From Paraspadella gotoi (taxonomy: Eukaryota; Animalia; Chaetognatha): a DNA stretch of 64,000 bases. How positions within the stretch are numbered: position 1 is the first letter of the stretch; each line of letters begins with the position of its first letter. Location of the stretch: NCBI GenBank assembly GCA_051294375.1, contig CM119263.1, positions 23,246,525-23,310,524 of the forward strand, given 5' to 3'. This document shows, piece by piece, positions 37,250-49,800 of the stretch. The translations under genes were made by a program, and so were the position numbers. Under the pieces are notes generated by a model that did not search any database, was not told the origin of the DNA, and saw nothing but the letters and a program-made list of their open reading frames with translations.

Positions 37250-37334
<85 letters not shown>

Positions 37335-38548
37335 ATTGTAAATTAAGTTCTCGCCTTATTTTAAAATTATTCAATATAAAAAAGAAATCGACGTAAGGTT
37401 TCACCAATCATTCTATGCAGAGCGACATCCAAGGCCAGGAGCCAGATCTTTGGCGAAAAAAATAATTATTTTGAATCTAGATCAAAACTGGCCTTCACTA
37501 GCGAATTTCTAGGCTGTCCCAAGGAACCATGCACTCTGAAATTTTCTCTCGAGATCAACTCATTTTAAAAGAAATCATTCCCTTGACTTTTTGTTTTTTT
37601 ATTCTACCGTGGCGGCCTCGGTGTTGAAATTTCGCTTGAAAACGAAAACAAAAGATCTTCGCCCTGATCGACAAGAACAGCGATGGGTTCTTGCAAACTG
37701 ACGACTTGACCGCCCTCTATTCAGAGGATCTCGGTGAGAAATTCTCGCTACGAGATCGAGAAAAAAAGATCAAAAGCGAAAAAAAAAACACTAACAGATG
37801 AATTGTTCCCAACAGAATTTCTACCCCGAGTCCACTAAGAAACGAGGCTCACCTCCCCGTAATTCCTGAGTTTTAATGATACTTACACTAATTCTATTCG
37901 GTACTCACTCAATACGGCTAAAACATAAATAATTATTTAGGTGTTGAGAAAAAAAATATTTAGAATGGTTTGTAATTCGTTCGTCAGAGAATTGCTGTGG
38001 AAAATTGCAGTGAAAATTTCCCCCTCAAACTCCCGCTAGAAATTAACTAAGTCTCTTCTCACCCCCACAGGCAAGCCCTGCGACGAGGGTGCCCTCTCGG
38101 CCATGATCGCCGAGGCACCCGGCCCCCTGGACTTCCAGATGCTCCTCCAACTGTTCGGTGAGAAGATGTCCGGCACCGACCCCGAGGAGACCATCATGGC
38201 CGGATGGCACCTCTTCGACCCGGCCGCGTCCGGCGAGATGTCCGTCGACGCCGTCAAGAGCCTCCTCTGCAATCGCGGAGTCAAGGCCGACCGACTCACC
38301 GAGGCTGAGGTAAGGCGTTGAGTAATGGACGGTTAGGAGAAAAGGAAAGAAAGGAAGAGATAGAAACGCTGTCACAAGATGCTATTTTTAGAACATTAGT
38401 TAATCGGTTTCCCTTTACCGCTCACTCACCCCATTTTTCTTCTTTTCGCCGCCAGGTGTCCCAGATGTTCGACCAGGTCAAACCCGCCGGTGGCAAATTC
38501 AACTACGGCAAATTCACCCGCATCATGAAGCGCGGTTCCGACGAGTAA
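35007..38548 (+). CDS. MRLC: Myosin regulatory light chain (170-171 aa) with three mutually exclusive EF-hand-1 exons
   Basis: Exons: 35007-35027 (MSKGAIS); 36030-36113 (KKSKKCYQRSNSSTFKMFDEAQIKEFKE); one of 36481-36556 / 36999-37074 / 37655-37733; 38071-38309 (MIAEAPGPLDFQMLLQLFGEKMSGTDPEETIMAGWHLFD...); 38456-38548 (...KFNYGKFTRIMKRGSDE*). Matches RLC signatures [47 protein letters not shown] and FNY-EFTRILK-G. Symbol given at family level only. Confidence 0.95.
36481..36556 (+). CDS. RLC alternative exon A (EF-hand 1: IFGFLDQDGNGVIEVDDLVALHGLMG)
   Basis: CCTTTAG|ATC...ATG G|GTGAGG; 76 nt; phase 0 to 1. Confidence 0.9.
36999..37074 (+). CDS. RLC alternative exon B (EF-hand 1: IFGMMDQNADGLVDVADLVALHGIMG)
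   Basis: TGACAG|ATC...ATG G|GTAGGA; 76 nt; phase 0 to 1. Confidence 0.9.
37655..37733 (+). CDS. RLC alternative exon C (EF-hand 1: IFALIDKNSDGFLQTDDLTALYSEDLG)
   Basis: CAAAAG|ATC...CTC G|GTGAGA; 79 nt; phase 0 to 1. Confidence 0.85.
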
Positions 38549-41500
38549 AGCGTTGCCGCAGCGAATCCCCCATTTCGCCCGTCCCCAACGCCAGTCGGAT
38601 TCTCCACGCCATCTCGATGCCATTTCGACGCTGCCATTAACAACGAATCTCGGGAGTACGGAGACGAGAGCCCGAGAGAATTTTTGTCGCCATCTCGCTC
38701 TCTCTCGCTCTCGTTTACTCTTGACCCAAACACGAAATTTGTCTGCCTCAATTTGATCCTGGATCACCAAACGCCAAAAACGCAACCACCACCGTATTTT
38801 GGCGCCGGGCGCGATGTCCATCTCGCGCCGCGCCTTCCGAAATCTCGAGACGCGGTTAATGAAGCTTCATTTAACAAAAAAAATGACTTTAAGAACGAAA
38901 GCATTTTTTTAATATTTATTTTGTGTATTTCTGTCCGTTTCGAAATTGTCACCGTCTTAACGGGGAGGATTCATGCAATGAAAACAAAAATCCAGTACTG
39001 GTTTAAGGACTTATCACCAAAAAATCATCCTCGGTGAGCGTTCACGCTTTTTGACTTCGCGTCCGTTCACTTTGCCGAAACAGCTTCTCAAACATCACCA
39101 TACCTTTTTTCTGTTTCTTTTATTTATGGTTCTGGGGTTGAGATTTGCGCTTTGCTGGAAGTCGCCTTCTTGAGAAAGTCGTACATCGTGTCCTCTGAAA
39201 AACCGTTTATTTATTTATTTATTTATTTATTTTAAACGTTTAGAATTTTTTTAAATTAGGACGATTTTCGTTAATCATGTCATTTTCTCGATTAACGTGT
39301 TTTTAATTATAGCATGCGTCTATACAAACAAAAAAATTCAGAACCTTGTATTTCTTTTTTCATTCGACCAAGATTTGTATAGAAAATACCAATTAAACAA
39401 CCGAGCACCAGTCTAGGAATGCGAGCAATGTCTTTAGCTTTTGAAATAATCAATATTATCACGCATAGTTTTTTAACGAGCCAACAATATGATAATAATT
39501 TGTTCACCCCTTTAAAAAAAAAAACGAATGTTTGTTTGTTCTCGAAGGTTTTCGTCGTCATGGCGACGTTTCGCGCGTCCTCTGCGTTCAGTTAAGTCAA
39601 GGGAATCGACGAATCATTCCGAAATTTCCGACTCATTAATTTGCGGATCCGCGTTCCCCCCCCCCTTCCTAAGGAGACGCTCGCCTTCCACCGCCCTCCT
39701 ATATGGGCTTTCGGATCGGCGAGGGTCTCTTCTCGCGGAGGCCGCAAAGGAGCCTATCTTCCTTTATACTTTTACATTATTTATTCTTTGGCTGAAATGA
39801 ATGCAGATGCGCGCCTAAAGAACGTTTTCGTAGAACTCAGTTTACACGTTATTATTTACGAAATAAAAAATAACCCCTTTTTTTATTACATAAATTAAAT
39901 AATTTATAGTCATGCTTCAGCACGCGAGCATTTCTAATCGCTGAATTCTTTTATAACGCAAAATATTCGTATCGTGTTGTCATTGAAACGCTTTAAATTT
40001 TGTTTCGCTATTTAACTCACTTTTTTTCACTCTCACACATTGTGTCATTGAATTAACTTAACCCTTGGTGTGATGAATCCAACTTTGTGAGTGTCACTTA
40101 ACATCCACGCTCGCTTCCAAGGTTTTAATCTCACAAAATGGTTTCTACGCGATAGTATATATTCCAGTCAAATTAATAGATTATTGAAAGTTATAATGAA
40201 TATTAAAGGTTAAATAAGAATTCCATATTTGTTCTTAATATGCCCGAGTTAGTGCAGGCGGCTTAAATAACATTAGGTAGGAAAAATAATTTGAAAGCTA
40301 ACAATTAACTCATTTTTACTAACAGGTCGGCTCACAAACAAAACTATGTTGGCTTCATTGGTTAATAAACTTTTCTATCTAAGTTTCTTTTTAACCAAGC
40401 AAAAAGGTATGATAAATCTACGATTTTCTCTAAATTCGAGCTTTAAAAAGATACAGGCAAATGTTTTGAAGCAAATCTAGATACGAATTCTGAGACTCAA
40501 AGGAACTCATCGGATACTATTGGAATTCGACCAAACAGTGTTAGTGTCATGTCGCTGAACATCTGTGCTACTTTCATCTTCGTTGACGACGCCTCTGTTT
40601 GACTTTTTGTTTTTTATTTCTTTCTATATTCTTCGTTTTGTGGCAGGACTTGTCTTTAAAAACTTAAGGAAAACAAAAGTTCATCTGGCGTCAAAATTCA
40701 ACGATTTGATACACATTTAATTATTCATATGTGATTAAAACTTTTTCACGAGTATGTATCCGAAAGAAATTAGCCTATATTAGAATATATTTAACAAAAT
40801 ATATATATTTAAATATTTAAAAACCCCTTGTCCAAATTTGGCAAACAAATTAACTCTCATGCAGATGAAAGAATACAAAACAAACTTTGATTACACAAAG
40901 CGGACCCGTAACTTTAGGCGGCCTTAACTTTTAAACTTTGTCCTTGATTAGTTTCAACAATTTTTTTTTTTCAACGACCCAAGTTTTTTTTTTTTTTTTT
41001 TTCGTCGGTCAACAAGGGAAATCGTCTCCAACTCCACACAAAGAATAAATATATAAAAAATGAGTTTCATCAAGACGACTGTTCTCCGTTCGAAGCCGAC
41101 AAGGGCCGGGGTGACCGCAAAATTCTTGGTTTAAATTTATATTTTTTGGTCTTCGTTATGAAAAATGACGCACCCCTAACGATTATCCCTTTTGACTAAA
41201 TCGTCCGTTTAGTCAAGAAAAAATCCCAGGGCGACCCAATTAATTCGAATGATCGGCGGAGAGCCAGTTTTCCCGGGCGTCGCGATTCCCAACGCCGCGG
41301 GGTGGGGAGAGCCGCGCTGCCCCCGGGGGTAATAACGACGGTTGACGTCGACGACAATGACGACGACAATGACGACGATGCGGCAGGAAAAGACCCAGGG
41401 ACGCTATATTCCGTCGCAGAAACAGGAATTAGGCTCAGATTCCCGCGACGAATCTCCAACATCCGTTTCTCAGGAAAACCAGTTTCGTTTTTCTTCAGTT

Positions 41501-41634
41501 CAGGGGGGCGAGAAAATCTGTCTTTTTTTTCATGAGAACAAATAATCGACGTCATCGCGAAAAAGGTTTTTCTCACTAATATTTTCTTTCATCCTTAATA
41601 TTAAAAAAAAAAATAAGAACGGTAATTCAAATGT

Positions 41635-41985
41635 GTTGCGCCGCAACGACTGCCTTATCATGTGTATTTCTTGTGACATGATATGACATGACGTGTCATG
41701 ATATGACGTGACCTGACGTGACGTGACGTGATATGACATAACATGACGTGACATAACATGACTACATGACTGCATAACTTTCTTAGCCCGTATATTTATG
41801 ATATGCACTGCATCAAAATTCCGTCTTTTATTTCTTTTTAGTTTTAGGATTTCCTGAAGGCGGCGCCTTAACATAAGTGGGACAGACCATCGGACAGATA
41901 TACCGATCGACGGACAGACATACCGACCGACGGACCGAACGAAAGTGACTTATAGAGTTGGGAGTACTCGCGGCGCAACTAAAAA
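41635..41985 (-). mobile_element. DINE-1/HINE-like (Helentron-associated) non-autonomous element with internal microsatellites
   Basis: 10-bp subterminal IR GTTGCGCCGC (41635-41644) / GCGGCGCAAC (41970-41979), an adjacent short IR (AGTTG..CAACT), a T-run at the 5' end on minus, a (GTCG/GTCC/GTCT)n tract and an internal (TGACA/TGACG)n tract. Confidence 0.6.
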
Positions 41986-42622
41986 CCATAACGAAAAAAA
42001 ATTGTGGGGGTTAGATGTGAAGGGGGGCGGGTGGGGAGAGGGTGAGGAATTCGAAAATGAGAAGCAGAAACTTCCGTTTTAAACTTTTCATCTTCTTTTT
42101 TTTTTTCCTTCTTTTTTTACTTATTTTTTTCTTATTTTACTTTATTCTCATCCGCAAAAATAAAGCAGATTTCTTCCTCTTTTCCCTCATCGTTTTTTTT
42201 TCCTTCCTAATTCGCTTCCGTTTCGGGATTAAAAAAGTTTTTCTAGGTTTTTTTTTAATTAAGACTCGTGGAAAAAAAAAGGTTACTTTTTTTATTTTGA
42301 GTCAAAACAGAAAAAAAAAGCGGTCGCAAAAACAAAAGACATAGTTTTGACGGTGCGTTTCGATAAGGGGGGGGAGGCGGGGGGAAATCAAGATGGACGT
42401 TTGAAGAGAAAAAAGGGATTTTTTTTTCCTTATTCGTTTTTCTCTTTTTTTTTTCTTTCCAATTTTTTCCCCTTTTTTTCCGAATCCACGAAGAGTCATT
42501 ATTCACTCGTGGGTTCTCTTTTCATTTACCCTCGGGCTAAAAACAGAAAGGGACAAAAAGGGACAAAAAGGATAGGAGAGAGAGAGAGAGAGGGAGAGAG
42601 AGAGAGAGAGAAGAGAGAGAAG

Positions 42623-42687
<65 letters not shown>

Positions 42688-43386
42688 CGAAAAAAAAGTG
42701 TGAGAAGCCGTAAAAACTGAAAGGAGAGGACAAAAGAATGTTTTCTCTTGTGTAACGTCGACTTCCGTTTTTTCCTTCATCAAAAATCCTTTGTACTCGA
42801 AACGACTTTTAGCTGAAAAAAAAAAAGAAAGAAAGAAAGGGAAATCGCCGTTGCGAGTTTCACGCTTTTCTTTCTGGTCACGTGATCTTGATCTCGGTTG
42901 GAGCGGAATCGAGGTTGGAGAATGGGAGAGTTTTGCTCATCGAAAAGTTTGGCAGCGATTGAAAAAAGTAGCCCATAGTGGAATGATTAAATGATTGAGT
43001 GGAATGATTGAATGATTGAGTGATTGGACGATCGATTAACTAAAGTGATCGAAATGGATCGCTTGATTTATGAGCCTTGTGATTGAGTCGAGCGACCGAG
43101 AGACAATGCTGGAAAAAAAACCTAGGAAAAGTTGAATGTTGTGATGGTGACCTCCACCTCCACCGGCTCCACCCTTTTCTCCTCCCCCACCTCGGAATCC
43201 ATCCCTCCCTCAGATCCCACCAGCGCCCTTTGACCTTAGCTCCACTAAACGACTCTACCCTCAACTTTCGTTTGAGTACACTAAGTACAACCAGGAGCTA
43301 TTAGTGGAAACTTAGCGGAACCGAAAGTAAGTTCATTAAATCGGAATTAAAAATCTCGTCGAATCGGTGCTCATTATAATTAGCAA

Positions 43387-43423
<37 letters not shown>

Positions 43424-43435
43424 AGATGAGAGAGT

Positions 43436-43497
<62 letters not shown>

Positions 43498-44049
43498 TCA
43501 AATCAAACGCTTTCAGAAAGATTTTAATTTTAAATTTTAAATAAAAAAATTAATTTTACAATCTTCTAATCATATTAGGCCAAAGTGTAGAGCACTGATG
43601 AATAAAAACAAATGCTTGGTCGTTATTTTTATTCATTCTGAATTTCTAATTCCTGAAATTATTTGTATATAAAAAAAATTGAAAGTGTCTCGACTTAAGT
43701 ATTTTAAGAAACTCTTAGACCTTGGCTGAGAGCCTTTCCCTAATTGGATCAAAGAAAAAAAAAGTAATAAAAAAAAGCAGAAAAGAAAAAAAAGAAAGAA
43801 AATAATAAAAAAAGAAAGTAAGTAAGAAAAAAAGAAAAAAGTAAAAAACCAAAACATAAAAGAAAAGTAACAAAGAAAGTAAGAAAGAATGGAAGTAAGT
43901 AAGAAAGAGGAAGAGAAAGAAAGAAAAAAGAAAGAAAGAAACTTGCATCATTTTTTCAAATTGCATCTTTTTTCAGTTTAATTAATTAATTAATTTATTA
44001 AAAATTATTTCATTAATTAAAAAAATTATGATGAAGCAAAATAATAAAA

Positions 44050-44430
44050 ATTCAAGTCAACCTGACTTTGGTTTTTCGCACTATTCCATCGAAACTTTAG
44101 ATCCAGCTTCATCACACGCTTTTCAACCCACAACCAAAATTTCATCTCAATCTATTCATCCAATTATGATTAATTAGAGTAATTTTGGGTTCAAATTAAG
44201 AAAAATATATAATTAAATGTTACTTTTTTCCATTTAAACTCATTTCCTTTCGCACGATTCCATCGAAACTTTATAACAAGCTCAATAACTTCCCTACCCA
44301 CACACAAAATTTCATTCCAATCCATCAATCCAATCACGAGTAATTAGAGTTGTTTGCTAAGGGAGGACGGACGGACGGACATCATTTCATAGACAAAAAA
44401 AAATAAATGAAACATTACCTTCCCTATATT
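44050..44430 (+). mobile_element. Degenerate DINE-1/HINE-like repeat with two internal core repeats
   Basis: Two ~170-bp related units (TTCGCAC-ATTCCATCGAAACTTTA...CAAAATTTCAT..CAATC..TCA..CAAT..GA.TAATTAGAGT) followed by (GGAC)n. Confidence 0.45.
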
Positions 44431-44621
44431 TTGTAAGACATTTATATTTATTTTTGAAATCGCTTTCAATTATTTTCAAACAAAACAACGACAGCAGTCC
44501 GACATACGACAAAAGAACGAAACCTAAAAAAGTATCAAAACCAAGACTAATTTTTTAGTTTAACATAAAACTGAGCGAAAAAATGTGATTAAACTGAAAA
44601 AAATTTATTATGACACGTGTG

Positions 44622-44673
<52 letters not shown>

Positions 44674-44788
44674 GAACAGGAAATTAAGTTGATGTTTTTT
44701 TGGTTTCAGTTCTTTTTCCTTCTTTCTTCCCACTGAGTCTTTGATCCCAATTTTAAGCTCAGCTTCCGCCTTTTGGTCCCGAGGACCG

Positions 44789-44877
<89 letters not shown>

Positions 44878-45851
44878 GCTCATTGTTAATAATTTTATTG
44901 ACAATATATATCATATTTTTGTTCTCATTTTTGTCATGACATAACTATGACCAAGCTACGTATTTATTTTATTGATCGATAGTGGATTAAATAAATCTAA
45001 ATAAAAAGCAATGTTACGATTTCCGTATGCAAATTTTTTAAAAATCTTTAAAAAAAAGAAGAATGGAAGGTGTTTTCGCATTCCTGAAATAACAAACCCC
45101 AAACGGCACGTGGTTGAGAATATGCATGAATGAATGAATGAATCAATGAATTAATGAATGAATGAATGAATGAATGAATGAATGAATGAATGAATGAATG
45201 AATGAATGAGTGAACTGTTTAACGAATGAATGAATGAATTAATATAAAAAATTCATAAATAAATAAATGTAAAAATGAATATTGAATAATAATAATATTT
45301 CAAAATTCAAATAATTTATTATATACAACTTTATTATTTTTGATATTCTTTATTTAACTACTTAATTTAAATAAAACTTATCTAAAAGAAGGAAAAAGAC
45401 AAAAATTTCAGCGGAAGTTACATATCTATTTTCGAATGGAGAGAAAAAAAAACTATTTTGATTAAAACTCAGCTTCCGGTTTACGACGACGACGACGACG
45501 ACAACGACAGCAGGGACGACAAGGACGGTGACAACGACGACGACGACGGAGAAGACGACGAAGACGACTCCCCTACGGTGGCAAAATGGCAAGAATCCAG
45601 GTCTCTTAAGCTAAGAACAAGGTATTGCGTTCAACCCTGAACTCGGCGAATTGAAATTTCTACAGAAATACTTTATACGTATACGTATTTAATCTGTTAT
45701 ATTTGAAGAAAAAAAATTTAGGTGATCGACTGAAACTAGGAATATAAGATATTAAGTAATTTTTAAAAAAACTAATTTAAACTCGACTACAACATCGAAG
45801 AAAAAATGTTGTTTGTTCGACGGAGTTACGTGCGTAGGCGTAAGCAGATTG

Positions 45852-45961
<110 letters not shown>

Positions 45962-46065
45962 GAATCAACAAGTCTGTCGTTTCCCGTTCCCACAATTTGC
46001 AACGTCTCCCGTCGTCCCCTTAGTCGTCGTCGTCGTCGCAGCCGCCGTCGCCGTCGCCGTTTTCA

Positions 46066-46212
46066 TCAATGAAGGTCCGCGACGACGTGAATGAAGCTCC
46101 CGCGCTGCATCATGTTGCGCCAAGCTGCAGCTGCAGCCGCAGCACGCGGAGGAGAATGGCACCGAGCGGCGGAGCTGCTGCGAGGCTGCCTCGACGACCG
46201 GAAGCTCTCAGC
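46066..46212 (-). CDS. Possible terminal exon of an unidentified gene
   Basis: GC-rich island behind a strong acceptor TTTTTTTCTGCCTCAG|. Frame 0 reads AESFRSSRQPRSSSAARCHSPPRAAAAAAAWRNMMQRGSFIHVVADLH*. No upstream partner exon identified. Confidence 0.25.
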   Translation of the reverse strand, partial: AESFRSSRQPRSSSAARCHSPPRAAAAAAAWRNMMQRGSFIHVVADLH

Positions 46213-46425
46213 CTGAGGCAGAAAAAAAATTTCGGTAACAATTCTCTCTTTATTTTTGCTTCTCTTGCTTACTTGATATTTTTTTTTCTTGTTCACTTGC
46301 TTCGTTCCTTCGATATATGTTTTCGTTTAATATTCAAGTTATATATATTTTTAGTGTACTAAGTATATCAACTTTCTTTCCAAATATTTTTTCTGCTTTT
46401 TCACTTTTTTCTTTCATTCTTTTTT

Positions 46426-46469
<44 letters not shown>

Positions 46470-46597
46470 TTCACTCTCTCCCTTTCCTCTTTCCTGCCTT
46501 TTCATTCATCATTCTTGTGCCCCATTCATGGTGTGTTCGATTTCTCCGCCGCAGCCTTCTGCTTCCTTCATCAAAAAAAATTGGATCTCTCTCTCTC

Positions 46598-46630
<33 letters not shown>

Positions 46631-46824
46631 CGTGTGTGCCTCGCTCTCAATATACCTCTCTTTTTGCCCTCCCCCACTCTCTCTCTCTCTCACTCTTGTC
46701 AAGGTGACCACTTTTTGGGCCGAGTATCGAAGATCGTGTCTAAAAGTAATTGAAAGCCAAATGTGAATGGGAAGGAGAAATATTTCATTATTATTCAAGN
46801 NNNNNNNNNNNNNNNNNNNNNNNN

Positions 46825-49800
46825 GACCCCGGTGTGACCGCACGCACAATAAGCCTGGAGGTGTGTGAAAAAAAATCCCTTTTAGGTAAAAAGTTGATAT
46901 GTTTTGTTGATTGTGGTTGACTCTCGGCACCCTCCACCGCTCCACCTTTTCTCTCCCCCACTCCGGAGAGGAATACCCATACACCCGTCCTTCAGATCCC
47001 ATCAGCGCCCTTCTGACCTTAGCTCCACTAAACGACTCTTACCCTTGCCCCCACTTGTCGTTTGAGTACACTAAGTACGTACGCTAGGAGCTATTTAGTT
47101 TGGAAAAACAATTAGCAGGTTAACCGAAAGTAAGTTTCATTATATATCGGAATCTACACAACAGGTGCTCGTCTGTATCGGGGTGGCCGTCATTTGTGAT
47201 GTAGCGTAATGGGACGGCGACCGAGGGGAGAAGAAGAAGAGAGAGGAAGAAGATGAAGCGAGTAGAGAGTTATGATGAGATGACCGAGGAGAATATGAGA
47301 TGAAGAGAGAGTAGTCCACCCGAGCGAGAGAGCCAGGAGGGGGGAGGGAGGAGATAGAAGAGCACGAGAGCCAGCAGCAGAGAAGAAGAAGAAGAGAGAG
47401 AGAAGAGAGAAGAAGAGTATTCGCCCGCCGCGGCCTCCACACATTCGGAAAAAACAGCTTTGTCCAAGAGAAATAGTTTGGGGTGCCTCCTCCCTTTTTA
47501 TATTTTTGGGGGGAAATTTTTTAAATAATTTAATTAATATTTTAAATTAAGTATTGGTACCGACCATCCTCTCTACCCCACCCATATCATTCACTTAGGC
47601 TCAATAGTTGCTAGAAGCAAACATGATTAGGAGCACTCACACCCCCCCACACCATATTGCTTTGTTTTGGTTCTCTGTTTTATTTTCGTATCACTTGTGC
47701 ATGAGCCCCTCCCCCGCTCGAACCTCTTTCCTAAAAATTCCCTTCCCGTTAGAGATTGATTTATTTCTCTTTCGCCTCAATAGTCAAAAATAATTTATTT
47801 GGGGAAGGAGGGTCGTGGTTCTTCCGACTAGTATTTCTTTTAAGAAATCTCCTCACCGATCCTTGGCTGAGAGTTCCCTTTTCCCTAATTGGTTAGTCAA
47901 AAAGAAAACAAAAAAAGTACACTAGATAAATTCACAACGCCAGCCACCAAGCCACACCACACCAAACAACACCAGAACACCACTCAATCACACAAACCCC
48001 AAGCGAAAGTAACGTCAAGAACACAGACAAAACCACGTAAAAACCAACAACCATCAAACTAGGGAAAACCGGTCCACACCCACACACGAAGCTCCGTAAC
48101 GTCAACAGCTCAACATGGGGGGCTATGGAAGTTTAAGTGTAAAGAAAATTTGAGTGTCACGCCCCACGCACAACGAATCCCCCGAACACACAAGCATTTA
48201 AGAATGAAACTTGTCATCCATTTTTTCCCAAATTGCCTATTTCCCTCCCCTTTTTTTCTAGTTTTTTCCACCCACCTTACCCATTCACCTATTTACATTT
48301 TATTTGCCCTTTTTCAAAAAAAATTAATAATTATGCGATCCCTCCACCCATTTTAAAAAAATTATGAAGTAATGCAAATAATATATAGACTTCCAAGCTC
48401 CAACCGCCCCCTCGACTTTGTGTTTTTTTCCGCACCTATTTTCCCTCCCCACCCCCTTTCGAATCTTCCCTCTCAGGATCGCGATATGCTTTTCCATTCC
48501 CACACCGCCTTCTCTTTCAATATCCCCGCACTCCAACTCTAAATTTTTTCATCTCAATCTCCCCTCACTTCTTTTTCCCCCCCCGCTTTCCCACATTCAC
48601 TCCGATCCCTCTACATCCTACCTGAGTTACTCTTTTGCCGAGTCTCAACATCCAAAAGGAACACATCTCACCCCTCTTCCACACCATCGCCTTTTACCCT
48701 CTTTTTCCTCCGCCATTCCTCTAAACTTTCTGGCCCAATTTCTTCTCTTCTTTCTGTCTTACTCCGCCATTTTTCTTCATCTCGTAGGAGATTTATAACT
48801 CACGCCCCTCTCATTCAACTCTCCTACCCCACCACCCAAAATTCCTCCATTCCAATCCCACTGCAACCTCCCCAATTCTATTGATCCGCCTTTATTTTTT
48901 AGTACGCTCTGTCCTTCGCTAACCGCCCGGAGCCCGACCCCGGGACGCGCACCAAGACAATACATAGGATTATCATGATCTTTTAATCAAACACACATAT
49001 AATGAACATTACCTTCCCTATATTTTGCCTACTTTAGTTCTTAATTTATTATTTTATTTCTTTTTTGATAATCTGCTTTTCTCTAATTAACCCCTTATCT
49101 CTTCATAATCAAATTACGCACGCTCGTTACATGCCGCCTTCCACCCCAGTTTCCGAATTCATTTATAGATCAAAAGATCCCGCAAACCCGGTGAGAAATA
49201 GTTATTCAAATACCATCCACATGACTATCTCGAATTTTTAAAGTTATATATAAAGTCATTATATCAAAAACTTTTGAGTGAAAAATATGTGATTATAACT
49301 TGAAAATAAATTTTATTCTATCCCGCCACACCCCGCCCTGTGCCTGGACTATTGAGGAGACTGACGAGTAGTAGTAGTTATGATTTAGTATGAATTATTG
49401 ATTTGTATGATTTGAGGGAGGAGAAAAGGGAGCGCACGAGAGAGAGGAGAGAGAGAAGGACAAATTGCGAATATTTATAGTTTGATTGTTTTTTTTTTGG
49501 TTTCTAGGTTGCGTTTTATCCCTTCTTTTTCTTTCCCTCAACTGATAGGTCGTCTCGATTTCGATGTGGTGTTAAGGTCTTTCAGCTGCTTTCGCCGCGC
49601 GGCCCACATTTAGGTTTTGTGTCCTTGTTATGGACCGAGTCCTCATTTCTTTTTTCTCCTCTCTCTCTTCTGCCTCTCCTCCTCCTCTTTTTCGTTCACC
49701 CCTCCCTCCTCCGGCTCTGGGGCTCCGCGGGGTTTTTCTACACATACTAAAACCTTGGCCCCCCTTTTTCCCTCATCACTCACATCTTTTCTGGCTGGGC

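Noticed and set aside
36481-37733. Reading the three EF exons as consecutive EF-hands of a longer calmodulin-like protein
   Set aside because: All are phase 0 to 1, so joining two or three breaks the frame; a single exon gives the canonical ~170-aa RLC.
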